From contig OX597817.1 in the NCBI GenBank assembly GCA_951406725.2, forward strand, positions 27,218,001 to 27,282,000: DNA of 64,000 nt, given 5' to 3'. This DNA is from Octopus vulgaris (taxonomy: Eukaryota). The position numbers and the translations under genes are program-made. How positions within the stretch are numbered: the first letter of the stretch is position 1; every line of letters begins with the position of its first letter. Of this stretch, positions 37,612 to 50,281 are shown piece after piece. The notes beneath the pieces are model-generated. The model made no database searches. It saw nothing but the letters and a program-made list of their open reading frames with translations, and had not been told where the DNA came from.

Positions 37612-38170
37612 AGGAATTACAACCGTGTTTCGTGGTCTGCTACCACTGCAGCTCCTTTATAGGATCCAGTTAGCTCAAGACATCATCAGGAGGAACCACG
37701 TCTGGTTTCGGCCCCTACTCCTCTACCGTGTTGATGTGGCAGGGCCCCCACCTTTTGGAGGTGTCTTCAGCTCTGATGTTGGGTGCATGTCTTCTTTCTT
37801 CTTCTTTCTTCTGTTCCCTAGCCTCTTCGCTGTATTGTCAGCGAGTGTCAGCCGGTGACTAACTGTCTTGTTAAATTTTTCCCTTTAAATACCTGCCGCA
37901 TAGGCTCCAGCAGGCAGCCCCAGCAAGTTGTCACGTGACACTGTCTCACCTTAACTGACTAGTGAAGGCACATAGTTTTAGCCCGCACTTTTTCTAAACG
38001 ACCGTCACCTGTCAGTCAGCTTGTCTCACCTAATGATGTTATTTCCCGTCGGCGTGTTTATGACTTTCAAGCCATTTTCGGTCTTCTCGCTTCAGCCATA
38101 TATAGAAGCTGGCTTTTTCAACCGCCTCCTGTACTCTCCTTATTAGTTTACGCAGCTCGGGGCTAGAAAA
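37612..38170. repeat. Family G repeat plus GC-richer extension, unclassified TE fragment
   Basis: The first 140 bp match 2684-2828. The remainder is compositionally distinct. Confidence 0.55.
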
Positions 38171-39817
38171 AACAAATCTTCTTTTGTGTATATGAATGTA
38201 TACTTCTTTTGTGTAATATGAATGTATACTTTAAAAATTTTTTCTGAAGAAAAGAAAGGCTTAATTTAGGAGAATATTTTTTTATTTAAGTTTTCCAAAT
38301 GGTTATTCATCGTTACTGGTTTTCCAGTTTAATGTTATTTCAATTAGGAAGGTTGATAAAATATAAATTCTTTTAGGTTAAATTCATCGCCACAAATATA
38401 GTGAAATTTCTGAGTCTGAATTAGTCTGATTACTGCAAAGAGTGGATGAATCTGATATTTAGAGATTAATTTTTTTTACCCAAGAGAGTGTTGGAGAAAG
38501 AGAAGTAAAATTCTTCAAGTGGAAACAAGTTTGTCTCTTACTTAAATTTCTTGTCTTCCCATGGCATACATATTTATCCAAACCCATGAAAACTGAACCT
38601 TACAATTATTGCCAGTACAGACCACTTTAAGTTTCTGTAAACCTTGTATTCTCTATGTTATGCAAATATCATATGTGCAAACACACACACACATGCACAC
38701 ACACACACTTACACACACACACTAACATGCTAATATGTGAAGAAGAAAGGGATTTACTTCTAAGCAAGAAAAAGTGTAAGAGAATTCTTTTTGGGGTTAA
38801 AACTGTACTTTAGTCTCTCTTTGAAAAATTTTAGTTTTTGAAATATTTCTGTAAATTTAGTTTCAACATTTTTGTTTTGTTTTTAATTGGTAGATAAAAA
38901 CACAAGGTAAAAGTTTGAAAGAAAGAGAATGTATGGAAGAAAATTTGGTAAAAACATGTTCAAAAACATCAAATGTTCATGCAAATTCAAATTTTCAATA
39001 AACTTCACAGTAACACAAAATCATAAAAGTTCAAATGTTTAATGGATTTCAAAACAATAATACATGATTGAAAGTTCAATAGGCTTTATAGCAATATATA
39101 AGCAATTTGATACAATGAAGTTTTAAATAAACCAAAATGTTTTTGCAACTTCTACCATGTTATTTGATAGAGTATTTTTTGTTGTTAGTTTTACTGGTGG
39201 GAACTTGAATGTTTCAAGCCGATATTGCTTTGTATATGTAATTTTTAAGATATGAATTCAATTCCTTGTTAGCTATTAACTCAATGACATTATCATATTT
39301 TGTCTGCCTGTGCTCCAGAATTCTTGTTGACTGATTGCTTGAGTACATCATATATTTTTGGAATATTTTGATCTCATATTTTGTTTGGCAGCAATTCAGT
39401 ATTCTGGTTAGTTGACTCCGGTGACTTCATTTGTTTGTCAGCTCTTTGATTACTTGCTTTTGTGCAGTAGTAGTCCTGGTTGGTTTAATTTCCAGCACGG
39501 AATTTTGTCAGTAAACAGGTCATAGTCTCAAAGCGATGAAAATATTTCGGCAAATTAAATTCAAATGTTGAAGTGAATCTAACGGTTTATGTGTGTTTTT
39601 ACATGGCTTATAAACACTTTCCATGCTGCAACTGGGTTTTTTTTTTATCATAATTTATTTATAAATTGAGGAATTTGATTTCAAAGTGACCTTTATGGAA
39701 CCAGTTTAATAGTGATGGTAAAATAGGAGAAATTAGCATTGTTGTTTTGTCCATGTAAAGATCCCAATGAATAAATGATTCTGCTAATCTAGAGTCATAG
39801 GCATTACAGTTGGTACA

Positions 39818-39985
39818 AGGCAGCGAGCTGGCGGAAGCATTAGCATGCTGGGTGAAACGCTTAGCGGTATTTCATCTGTCACTACGTTCTGAGTTCAAAT
39901 TCTGCCGAGGTCGACTTTGCCTTTCATCCTTTCAGTGTTGATAAATTAAGTACCAGTTATGCACTGGAGTCGATCTAATTGACTG
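39818..39985 (+). mobile_element. SINE family B, 3'-truncated
   Basis: Head and core match. Confidence 0.85.
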
Positions 39986-40890
39986 GCAGTTGGGACGAAT
40001 TCATCTTCATTTTTTTCTTTTTGTTGTATCCAGGATTACATTATTCCAAAGTGTCCTTCCATCTTTTAGACAGTAGGGTTTGAGTGGGGTGATATTTCTG
40101 ACAGGTGATGTGACTGCTTAAAAGTTTGCTTGTTGGTAAGAGAATCAGTACTTTATTACTTATAGTGGAATATCAAGCAAAATATTTTGATACTTATACA
40201 AAAGTGCTAGAAAATCTACAAAATGTAAGCCTATTTGAACAAAAGATATTATTTGAAAATGGATCAAGGAGTCCATATTCATTTGGCAACGATATGTAGG
40301 TTTATATAAAAATTTTGCTTCGTAAACTTATTAGTTGTGATGGAAACCTAGTGTTTTAAAAATTCACAAGTTTTTGAAAGTCATGTCAAAATAAAATGTA
40401 TCAGAATAGATTATTCACTAAAATATTAAAGACAAAACACAAGGAAAATAGCTCAAACAGTGGAATAAAAGGTATCTTACAGCTAACATCGTTGCATTTT
40501 AAATACATGATAATATGTTAATATATGTACAAGTATTTCCCTTTTTACAGAAATGTCGTAATCTTAAAAATGTTGTCATCACACAATTTTGGATCATAAA
40601 AACAATTATCAATTGGCTTCCATGGAAGTCAATGATTATTACAATAAATTCAGTTCAATGTATGTGATTAGTAAGTACCTGCAATTAGCTTGAAAAGTAG
40701 AATCCAGATATGAACTGTAAGAATATTCAATTACAAAAAATCAGAATCAGTTTTGTGTGGAGAATATAGTAATTTTTGTTCAAAGAGGAGTAGAATATAT
40801 ATTATTATGAAAAAACTGCTAAATAAAATTGAAATACAAAGAAAACAGTATGAAAAGAGGCAGCTTTTCATATCAAGAAGTATGTAAATT

Positions 40891-41217
40891 GTATTTTCTG
40901 TGAAATATCCTGAAGCATTTGCAGCCTTATTTTAATAGACTTATGTGACAATTTCTAATAGAATACTAATTGTGAAGAACATACTACTCAGATATTCATT
41001 AATTGAAAATTAGGTAAATACTATTTTTTTAAATGGTGCTAGTGTTCAAAAACTTTCCAAGCACTAAATATTAAGCTATGAAAATTAATTCAGAATATTA
41101 GCGTAAAGGATTAATCATTGTTGATTCATGTTCAATACCACAACATGTGATAATTTACCATCAGTGTTAGAACATGCCTTCTAACAAACACCTTCAACAA
41201 TACCTCCTTAAACTGTT
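40891..41217. repeat. Arm A of a local inverted triplication (partners 41606-41737 and 44346-44671)
   Basis: Direct reverse-complement alignment by eye. Confidence 0.92.
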
Positions 41218-41239
41218 ATATATACATATATATACATAC

Positions 41240-41295
<56 letters not shown>

Positions 41296-41301
<6 letters not shown>

Positions 41302-41515
41302 GGGAATAAATCCAAACTGACTTAGATTTAGGATTAAATCCAATTTTACAGTATAAATATATTATATTATATTATATTAAATTTGCGATAAAACCACTAT
41401 TAGGCAAATCAAACAGTATTTTAAAAATATTTAAAAATTATTTTATGTATTGGCTTGGTTTTTCACTGTTTGATTTGCAATAGTGGTTTTATCTCTAATT
41501 TAATATAATATATAT
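41296..41515. repeat. TA-embedded AT-rich unit with internal inverted arms
   Basis: GATAAAACCACTATT..GCAAATCAAACAGT pairs with ACTGTTTGATTTGC..AATAGTGGTTTTATC. Long (TA)n lies on both sides. Confidence 0.7.
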
Positions 41516-41524
41516 ATATATATA

Positions 41525-41589
<65 letters not shown>

Positions 41590-41744
41590 ATGTATATATA
41601 TATATAACAGTTTAAGGAGGTATTGTTGAAGGTGTTTATTAGTAGGCATGTTCTAACACTGATGGTAAATTATCACATGTTGTGGTATTGAACTCGAATC
41701 AATTATGAGTAATCCTTTATGCTAATATTCTGAATTTATATTTA

Positions 41745-43530
41745 TCATCATCATCATCATCATCGTCATCCTCATCATCATCAACATCATCATCATCATA
41801 ACCATCATCATTATCGTTTAACATCTGTTCTCCATGCTGGCATGGGTAGACAATTTGACTGAGGTTTGGAGTGCCAGTGGCTGCAGTAGGCTCCAATCTG
41901 ATCTGGCAATGTTTCTACAGCTGGATGCCCTTCCTAACGCCAACCACTCTGAAAGTTTAGTGGTTGCTTTTTATGTGCCACTGGCACAGGAACCAGTCAG
42001 GTGGGTCTCACATCAATCACGTTCGGATAGTGCTTTTTACGTGCCACTGGCACAGGGGCCAGCCAGGGGGTTCTGGCATCGGCCAAGTTCAGATGGTGCT
42101 TTTTACATCCAACCAGCATGGGAGCCAGTCAGGATGTACTGGCATTGGCAACGTTTGGATGATGCTTCTTACATGCCACCAGCAGAGAAGCAAGTTAGGC
42201 AGACCTGGCATCGATCACATTCGGATGGTGCTTTTAATGTTTCACCAGCAGGTACTGGCTACATCTATGATATTGTTTTTACCTGACTCAGCAGGTCTTC
42301 TCAGGCATATCATATAAGCTGACAGATCAGGGATACACTTAACTGGGTCAGGCATGTGTGGCTGTGATCCCACTTTAGTTGTCAGGTCTTATTAATCACA
42401 GCATATCTGCAAAGGTCTTGGTCTCCTGTCATTGCCTCTGTGAGGTCCAACATTCAAAGGTCATGCTTCACCACCTCATCCCATGTCTTCCTGGATCTAC
42501 TTCTTCCACAGGTCCCTTCCACAGTTAGGGAAGTGGCACTTCCTCACACAGCTGTCCTTATCCATATGTAACACATGAGCATACCAGCAAAGTTGTCTCT
42601 CTTGCACACCACATTTGATGCTTCTCATACCCAACTTTTCTCTCAGGGGGCTTACACTTTGTCATGTATGTACACTGATATTACACATCCAGCAGATCAT
42701 ATTAGCTTCATTTCCTTCAAGCCTACGCATGTCCTCAGCAGTCATGGGCCATGTTTCACTGCCGTGTAGCATGGCAGTTGGCCCATGTTTCACTGCCATG
42801 TAGCATGGCAGTTAGCACACATGCATTATACAGTCTATCTTTCATCCTGAGTGAGAGGGCCTTAGTTGCTAGCAGAGGTAGGACCTCTCTGAACTTTGCC
42901 CAGACTATTCTTATTCTAGCTGCTACACTCTCAGAGCAACCACTCCCACTACAGACTTGGTCGCCTAGGTAGCAGAAGCTATTAACTACTTCTAGTTTCT
43001 TCCACTGGCATGTGATGGAATCTGTTTTCTGTACATCTTCAGTGTTTATTGCCCCTGTGCATCTGCCACACACAAAAACTATCTTCCCGGTTAACCTTCC
43101 CTTGATATTACTGCACATTTTATGTGTCCATAGCTTACACCAGGTACACCGTATGGAGTTTCTACCCACACCTTTTCTACAGATCAAGCAGGGTCATCTA
43201 CCTGAAGGGATTTCTGATTTGACAGCCTTTCTACTTACTAAGACTTTTTTATTTTTTGCTAGGTTAACCCAAAAACTCTTTAATTCTAAACTTTGCTTCC
43301 ACACCCTAAACTTCATCTCTAGTTCTGTCAGTGACTCGGCTGTTTGGGCAAGGTCATCAGCAGAGAGGAGTTCCCAAGGGCAGCCTGTCCTGAATTCCTC
43401 TGTAATTGCCTGGAGAACTATAATGAATAAGAAGGGCTAAGGACTGATCCTTGGTGAATCCCTACTTCTACTCAGAATTCTTCACTATACTTGTTGCCAA
43501 CCCTCATTTACTGACAGCATCCCTGTGCAG
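41745..43530 (-). pseudogene. RTE-clade LINE 3' fragment: RT, PHD-like finger, 3' UTR repeats, (GAT)n tail
   Basis: Translates to GIHQGSVLS, PWELLSADDL (YADD equivalent), CLICRKGVGRNSIRCTWCKLWTHKMC...CGRC, FCYLGD and MLHGSETW. Stops and frameshifts are present. Confidence 0.93.
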
Positions 43531-43811
43531 GTTATCCCTAAATCTCTGACCATGTGAAGGGTTTTTTAAGCTTCCAAGTCCTTCTTTTCGAGATTGGTCT
43601 GCTTTTTTGCAGATATTAGGTAAATACTATTTTTGCATCCTTATAGACTCGAGTCTAAATTCACTGATAACTAGTCTATGTTGCAGGGTACATTCTTTAC
43701 CAGGGAGGGTCTTTATATTTAAGAGCAAGCCACTAATAACTAGTCTATGTTGGTGGGTACATTCTTCCCTAGTGAGGGTCTTTGTATGTATGTATATATA
43801 TATATATATTT

Positions 43812-44125
43812 AATGTAGGATAAAATTTTTTTGAAAAAAACTTTTATCAATGGCCAGCATATTAAAAAATACCTTTAAAGGTTAAATTTATAAACAACTT
43901 ATAAATATGGGCAAACGAAAAATTTTCTAATGCCAAATATGCCAAAATAACCCTAAAATCGGTCTGATATAGTAATAATGGAATTTTTTAGAAATTTCTG
44001 TCGACCTTTTTTGAGTAGCATGTGTATTGTGAAAAAATTATAATGTTTATGGACAATGTGTCTAATTTCGGCATATTTGGCATTAGAAATTTTTTCGTTT
44101 GTCCTTATCTATAAGTTGTATATAT
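43812..44125. repeat. TA-embedded AT-rich unit with internal inverted arms
   Basis: CAAACGAAAAATTTTCTAATGCCAAATATGCC pairs with GGCATATTTGGCATTAGAAATTTTTTCGTTTG. Confidence 0.7.
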
Positions 44126-44230
44126 ATAGTTAATCCAAACATGAAAACACAAAGAGAAAACACAACAACATGAGGACGTGGAACAAGTATAGTGTTATTG
44201 GACTCTCAAGAAAGGAAAGAAAGAAGGAGG

Positions 44231-44265
44231 ATTTAACGTTTCGAGTGGAGCTCTTCATCAGAAAC
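44231..44265 (-). ncRNA. Minimal type I hammerhead ribozyme motif (Penelope-type)
   Basis: The minus strand reads GUUU-CUGAUGA-A-GAG(CUCCA)CUC-GAA-ACGU-U-AAAU. It has an intact core, a 3-bp stem II, a palindromic ACGU stem III and a weak stem I. Confidence 0.6.
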
Positions 44266-44739
44266 ATAGGAAAGATCCAAGGAAGGGAAGACGGAGGAAA
44301 AAATATCACCAACGATACACACGTGGTCACATTATAAATATATAAAACAGTTTAAGGAGGTATTGTTGAAAGTGTTTATTAGTAGGCATGTTCTAACACT
44401 GATGGTAAATTATCACATGTTGTGGTATTGAACTTGAATCAATAATGATTAATCCTTTATGCTAATGTTCTGAATTAATTTTCATAGCTTAATATTGAGT
44501 GCTTATAATTTTTTGAACACTAACACCATTTAAGAAAATAGTATTTACCTAATTTTCAATTAATGAATATTTGAGTAGAATGTTCTTCATAATTAGTATT
44601 CTATTAGAAATTGTCAAATAAGTCTATCAAAATAAGGCTGCTTATGCTTCAGGATAGTTCACAGAAAATACTCCATTGCAGAATCAGTTAATCAGGTTTT
44701 CTTATTTGCAGGAAGAAGAATTTCCCACGTAGGTTGAAA

Positions 44740-44785
<46 letters not shown>

Positions 44786-45160
44786 CTAAGGAAAAGAATC
44801 ACGAAATTGATAAATTCTCTTCTAATTATAGCTGTACAAATAAATGAATACATTCTGTAAATATAGGTTGTGGCTCTGTGTAAATGAAATCTTTATACAG
44901 AACACATTTGGTAATTTCGAATTAACAGCCTAAAATATATAGTCGTAACAAGAATGTTGGGAGATCTATATATAGAAAATGCTTGGGAATATTAACTTTG
45001 TAGTGTGATTTGAAGTTATCTTTCGATTCAAAATATCTCTTCAGTCCAAGAATTAAGAATATATATATAATATTTCTGGTAAAATCAAGTTGTTAATATC
45101 TTCAGTTTAAATATATTTATATGTGAATATAACTACCTTTGTGTGTGTATAACTATGTTT

Positions 45161-45520
45161 GAGGATGAGCTGGTAGAAGCACACTGGGTGAAATGCGGCG
45201 AGCTGGCAGAAACGTAAGCACGCCGGGTGAAATGCTTAACGGTATTTCGTCTGCGTTACGTTGTGAGTTCAAATTCCGCCAAGGTCGACTTTGCCTTTCA
45301 TTCTTTCAGGGTCGATCAATTAAGTACCAGTTACGTACTGGGGTCGATGTAATCGACTTAATACCTATGTCTGTCCTTGTTTGTCCCCTCTGTGTTTAGC
45401 CCCTTGTGAGTAATAAAGAAATAGGTATTTCGTTTGTCTTTACATTCTGAGTTCAAATTCTGCCGAGATCGACTTTGTCTTTCATCCTTTTGGGGTTGAT
45501 AAATTAAGTACTAGTCGTGT
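45161..45520 (+). mobile_element. Family B SINE inserted into an older family B SINE
   Basis: Old head 45161-45195, full young copy to ~45423, then the old body resumes at GGTATTTCG. Confidence 0.85.
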
Positions 45521-45894
45521 ACCCATGTCAAACTGTCACATAGAATTAAATTACTTTGGTCTGATATAGTGTGTACATTAAAATTGGTAAGGGAATGGAT
45601 TTTAACAAGATTCATTGGAAAACATAAATAAAGCACAAGGTGAGTAATTAAACATTTTGAGAAGCCCTGCCCCGTGTAATGCTCAAATAGTTCTGAATGC
45701 TTTTAAAATGAATGTAACGAGAAGTGTATGCACGAGAATAAAGAAGTAGAAATAATGAGTCTTTGGAGCTTATTTTTTGAATTTTTCAAATATCTTTTAC
45801 AATTATCTAATATATTTTTGTATCTCATTTCTCAACATTACTACAAATATAATACTTATATTATGACATGAAAATTATGCAAGTTATCCTAAGT

Positions 45895-46298
45895 GTGGGA
45901 GTGGCTGTGTGGTAAGTAGTTTGCTTACCAACCACATGGTTCCGAGTTCAGTCCCACTGCGTGGCACCTTGGGAAAGTGTCTTCTACTATAGCCGCGGGC
46001 TGACCAAAGCCTTGTGAGCGGATTTGGTAGACAGAAACTGAAAGAAGCCCGTTGTATATATGCATGTATATGTGTGTGTATATGTTTGTGTATATGTTTG
46101 TGTGTCTGTGTTTGTCCCCACCCAACATCGCTTGACAACCGATGGTGGTGTGTTTATGTCCCTCTAACTTAGCAGTTCGGCAAAATAGACCGATAGGCTG
46201 ACAAAGAATAAGTCCTGGGGTCGATTTGCTTGACTAAAGGCGGTGCTCCAGCATGGCCACAGTCAAATGACTGAAACAAGTAAAAGAATAAAAGAGTA
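45895..46298 (+). mobile_element. SINE family A
   Basis: Full-length match. Confidence 0.9.
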
Positions 46299-46514
46299 GA
46301 GACTAAGTTAATAAACAATCATTATTATCTATCAAAGGAGAATTTTAGATATTTTTTTAATAGAAAATAATCAAATCATGTTAATGTATCTAAGAATTTA
46401 ATACTACTACTACTAAAATATGTTTCTTAAATAAGATATAAAACAACTTAGTGACAATTGTTTAGAAGTGACATCTTTATTCAATCTCTATCATTTTTGT
46501 ATGTGCTATACCCA

Positions 46515-46746
46515 TATTTTTTATTGTTCACAAGGGGCTAAACGTAGAGGTGACAAACAAGGACAGACAAAGGGATTAAGTTGATTACATTGACCACAGT
46601 GCGTAACTGGTACTTAATTAATCGACCCCAAAAGGATGAAAGGCAAAGTTGACGTCGGTGGAATTTGAACTCAGAATGTAACGGCAGACGAAATACCACA
46701 AAGCATTTCGCCCCGGCGTGCTAACGTCTTTGCCAGCTCGCCACCT
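46515..46746 (-). mobile_element. SINE family B
   Basis: Full-length match. Confidence 0.9.
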
Positions 46747-48973
46747 TAATGTGTATGAGTATGTGTATGCAGGTGTATGTACACAGACATGTACAGACTG
46801 CTTAGATCTAATCCATAATTGTTGGCAATTTTTTTTATTGGCCAATCTATTTATTTTCATTTTATTTTATTTTTGACAATCTTTTTTCTAATGTGTTGAA
46901 TCTGTAAAGATGCTTTCCCTCATCCCTGCCATCACGACTTTAATCATCATCATCATCATTAGTGTTTTCATCATTGTCAGTCACCATTCTTTGTGACATC
47001 ATCATCTTCATTTTATGTTTGTTCTTACACACTTGGATAGGTTAGGCAATTCTTTACTTCAATTTGTTTCAAGAGACGTGTATATTTTTAAAAGAAAATT
47101 GTTGGTAATTCTATCATAAGCTTTTGAAATTACTTGGCGATGTAAAAGTTATGTCTGGTCTATGTGCATGTTTGTGTGTGTGTGAGAGAGAGAGAGAGTG
47201 TGTGTGCATACAAATATATCTGTGCTTACATGGAAATGTGAATGTGTGTGCATACAAATGTATGTGTGCTTGCATGCAAATGTGTGTTTGTGTGTGTGTG
47301 TGCATGCGTGTGAATACCTGATTAAATGAATTTCATTAATATTTGTAGGAATTTGATAATTTATTTCGTCTTCTTAATCACAGATTTTCTTGAAATATTT
47401 TCTCTTGCTTGCAAGCTTAATTAAGCACAATTCACCTCAAATGTAGATATTTTAACATGTAACACATATCTGTAATTACTGTACCTATAGTTCAAAAATA
47501 ATTAAGCACATATACATATGAAATTTATCATGATATATACAAAAAAAGAAAAAAAAAATCACCTAAAGGAAAAACAATACTGATGATGTTTAGTGTATAA
47601 AGATGATTGTGATGCTGATAATGATGATGATGAATTTTACTATGTTTTGTCATGATGAATTTAAACTACTATCTAAAATAATCAGTAATTCCCATTAATG
47701 ATTACTCTTAATTAACACCTTTCATGTTCATATACCTGATTATAGATCTGAGGTATGCTGTTGATTTAGCATAAATATATATGTAAACTGGTGTAACATA
47801 AAAAACAACCAGTCGATTTGGAAACAAAATCGTTTTGATTATTGCTATAAATAGTTGAGAATGTTTAACTCTATGTACAAAACCACCTGATTTTTAAATT
47901 TCTCTTTCTTCCTCCCTTTCTGCTGAAACAAACTTCCATCTAATGGCTTTGCTATGTTTTCCTTGATTCGGAGTGAAAATATATTCTTTGTGAAACAACT
48001 GCATCTTTTGGTTATATTTTCCTGACTGAAGCTATTTTACTTTATTTACTTCAATAACGCTGTTCAAAAAATGCCTGAATGCTTCCCCACTCTCCAATTT
48101 TCTCTTAATTAAAACTCCTGAACGAGAATCATGCCTATCTAAAGAGCTTGTTGGAATGGCAGAATCAGCATAGCATCAGACAGAACACCTAGCATTACTT
48201 TGTTCCATCTTTTTTAATTCACTTCTCAAATCCCATTCATGTTTACTTAGATTTCCGGCTGGTTTAATAAAATAAATTCTAATCAAGTTCTGATGTTGTT
48301 TTAAGTGGCTATTTTACCTATGTTAGAAACCATTATCTGTTGCTTGACAAATCTGTCTTTTTTTCTTCTATTTGTATTATACGTAGTATTGAAATGATTC
48401 AAAACTATAAAAGAGTGGTAAATCTAACTACATTGTGCATATAGTAGGATATACATTTATGAACTTTTTAAACAAGGATAAAGTATATCAACTTATTCAG
48501 CAATTCAGGTTTTGGAGAGTTTCTTTTGATTAGAATGAAAGCTTTTGTCTTTTAAATAAGTTTTATACTTGCACGGGAAATAATGACTGATCAGCATGCA
48601 TTTACAACAATGAGCCCAATTCACTATGATGCCATACATGTAATAAAATTAGACAGAAAATCATTAGTTAACAGCAGAGAAATTTTGTTCAGAATGTCCC
48701 CAAAATTGAGGCTATTCATTATAGTAGCTTTATATACAAAGCAAAGATCAACACCAGATGCATCACTTGTGAATTAGATTAAAATTATACAAGAACTTAA
48801 ATGTTGTATAATCCTCAGATCCAGCATTGGTAATTTTATCAGATATAACAGCATTCCTTTGATTCCTTTCAACCTTACTGTAAAGTGTATAAAGAACCTG
48901 GTATTATTAACACTTCATTGTGGTGGTATATTGGCAGGAGCATAGTATCAGAAAAATTCCTTGCAGTGTTTGT

Positions 48974-49366
48974 ATAGATGTAAGAGTGGCTGTGTGGTAA
49001 GTAGCCTGCTTATGAACCACATGGTTCCGGGTTCAGTCCCACTGTGTGGCACCTTTGGCAAGTGTCTTCTACTATAGCCTCAGGCCGGCTAAAGCCTTGT
49101 GAGTGAATTTGGTAGACGGAAACTGAAAGAAGCCCGTCTTATATATGTATATATATTTGTGTGTCTGTGTTTGTCCCCACCAGCATCACTTGACAACTGA
49201 TGGTGGTGTGTTTACATCACCATAACTTAGCGGTTCGGCAAAAGAGACTGATAGAATAAGTACTAGGCTTACAAAGAATAAGTCCTGGGGTTTATTTGCT
49301 CAACTAAAGGCATTGCTCTAGCATGGCCACAGTTAAATGACTGAAACAAGCAAAAGAGTAAAAGAG
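48974..49366 (+). mobile_element. SINE family A (nested in an old B-like SINE)
   Basis: Full-length match. A decayed B-like head lies upstream and the body lies downstream. Confidence 0.88.
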
Positions 49367-49679
49367 TTGTTTATCATTTGTATCTCACGAAGGTTAATTT
49401 TGCAGTTCATCTCCCCAAAGCTAATACAATTATGTACAAATTAAAATTTGGGTCAATATAATTGACTAATGCTTCCTTGAAATTTCATGCATTGTGCCTG
49501 TGTTAAAAACAATTATTATATTCATTTCAACCTGATGATGAATTCATGAAGGTCATGAAATGTGAATGGACTGATGGATGGGTTTTAGAAAACTAATGTT
49601 GCAAAACAAATATAAAAGGAAAATAAAGAGACATGAAACATTGTGAAAGAAAAAGATTGAACTCAAACATAACCATGCT

Positions 49680-50281
49680 TAGATAGCCACTCTTGCCAGC
49701 TATGCAGATGATACAAAAGACTCTCAGAGGATACAGAACCCTAGAGATGAGTACAATATACAGGTGACTGAGAACAATAACATGCAGTTTAATGCAAGAA
49801 AATTAGAAGCCCTGCACTACCAGCACATGAAGCTGGATGAAACAGGGTATACTGGCCCAGGAGTGATTGCAATCTGTGAATCAAAATTAGTGCATGATAT
49901 GGGTGTTGACATGAGTAATGATGTATCTTTCAAGGTGCATATTACTACATTGGCAACAAAATGCAAACGGCTGGCTGGCTGGATCCTTAGGACTTTCAGA
50001 ATGTGAGAACCAGAAAGCATGATGGTCCTCAGAAGGGCATTTGTCCCCAGGCATTTAGACCACTGTTCCTAACTATGGTCACCATAGTTAAACTTAAAGA
50101 CAGAAACCAAAGCAATCCAAAGTTACAGAAAGAAGATTATCTCAATGTGACATGTCAACTACAGGGAGAGACTAAAATGTTAAGATTCTACTCCCTAAAA
50201 TGAAGGTGGGAAAGATATCTAAAGATATCTTGAAAATCCTAGAACTTATACCAAACTTTGGCATTGAAAGTTACATGAAAA
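49680..50281 (+). pseudogene. CR1-group LINE RT C-terminal fragment
   Basis: Translates to LASYADDTK, NNMQFNARK, HDMGV and LAGWILRTF. Confidence 0.88.

Noticed and set aside
40551-40670. Plus-strand exon candidate with TTTTACAG and GTATGT/GTAAGT
   Set aside because: The peptide is unrecognisable and the phase is incompatible with the 13494 candidate. Such signals arise by chance in AT-rich DNA.
41960-42260. CRISPR-like look: ~25-bp palindromic repeats (GGTGCTTTTTACGTGCCACTGGCAC) with ~35-bp variable spacers, also in other family E copies
   Set aside because: The spacers are related to each other, the array is the 3' UTR of an RTE LINE, the DNA is eukaryotic and there are no cas genes.
49525-49570. 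Hammerhead-like CTGATGA...GAAA
   Set aside because: There is no valid UH cleavage site and no stem I. Similar failures occur at ~14610, ~59755 and ~60254.
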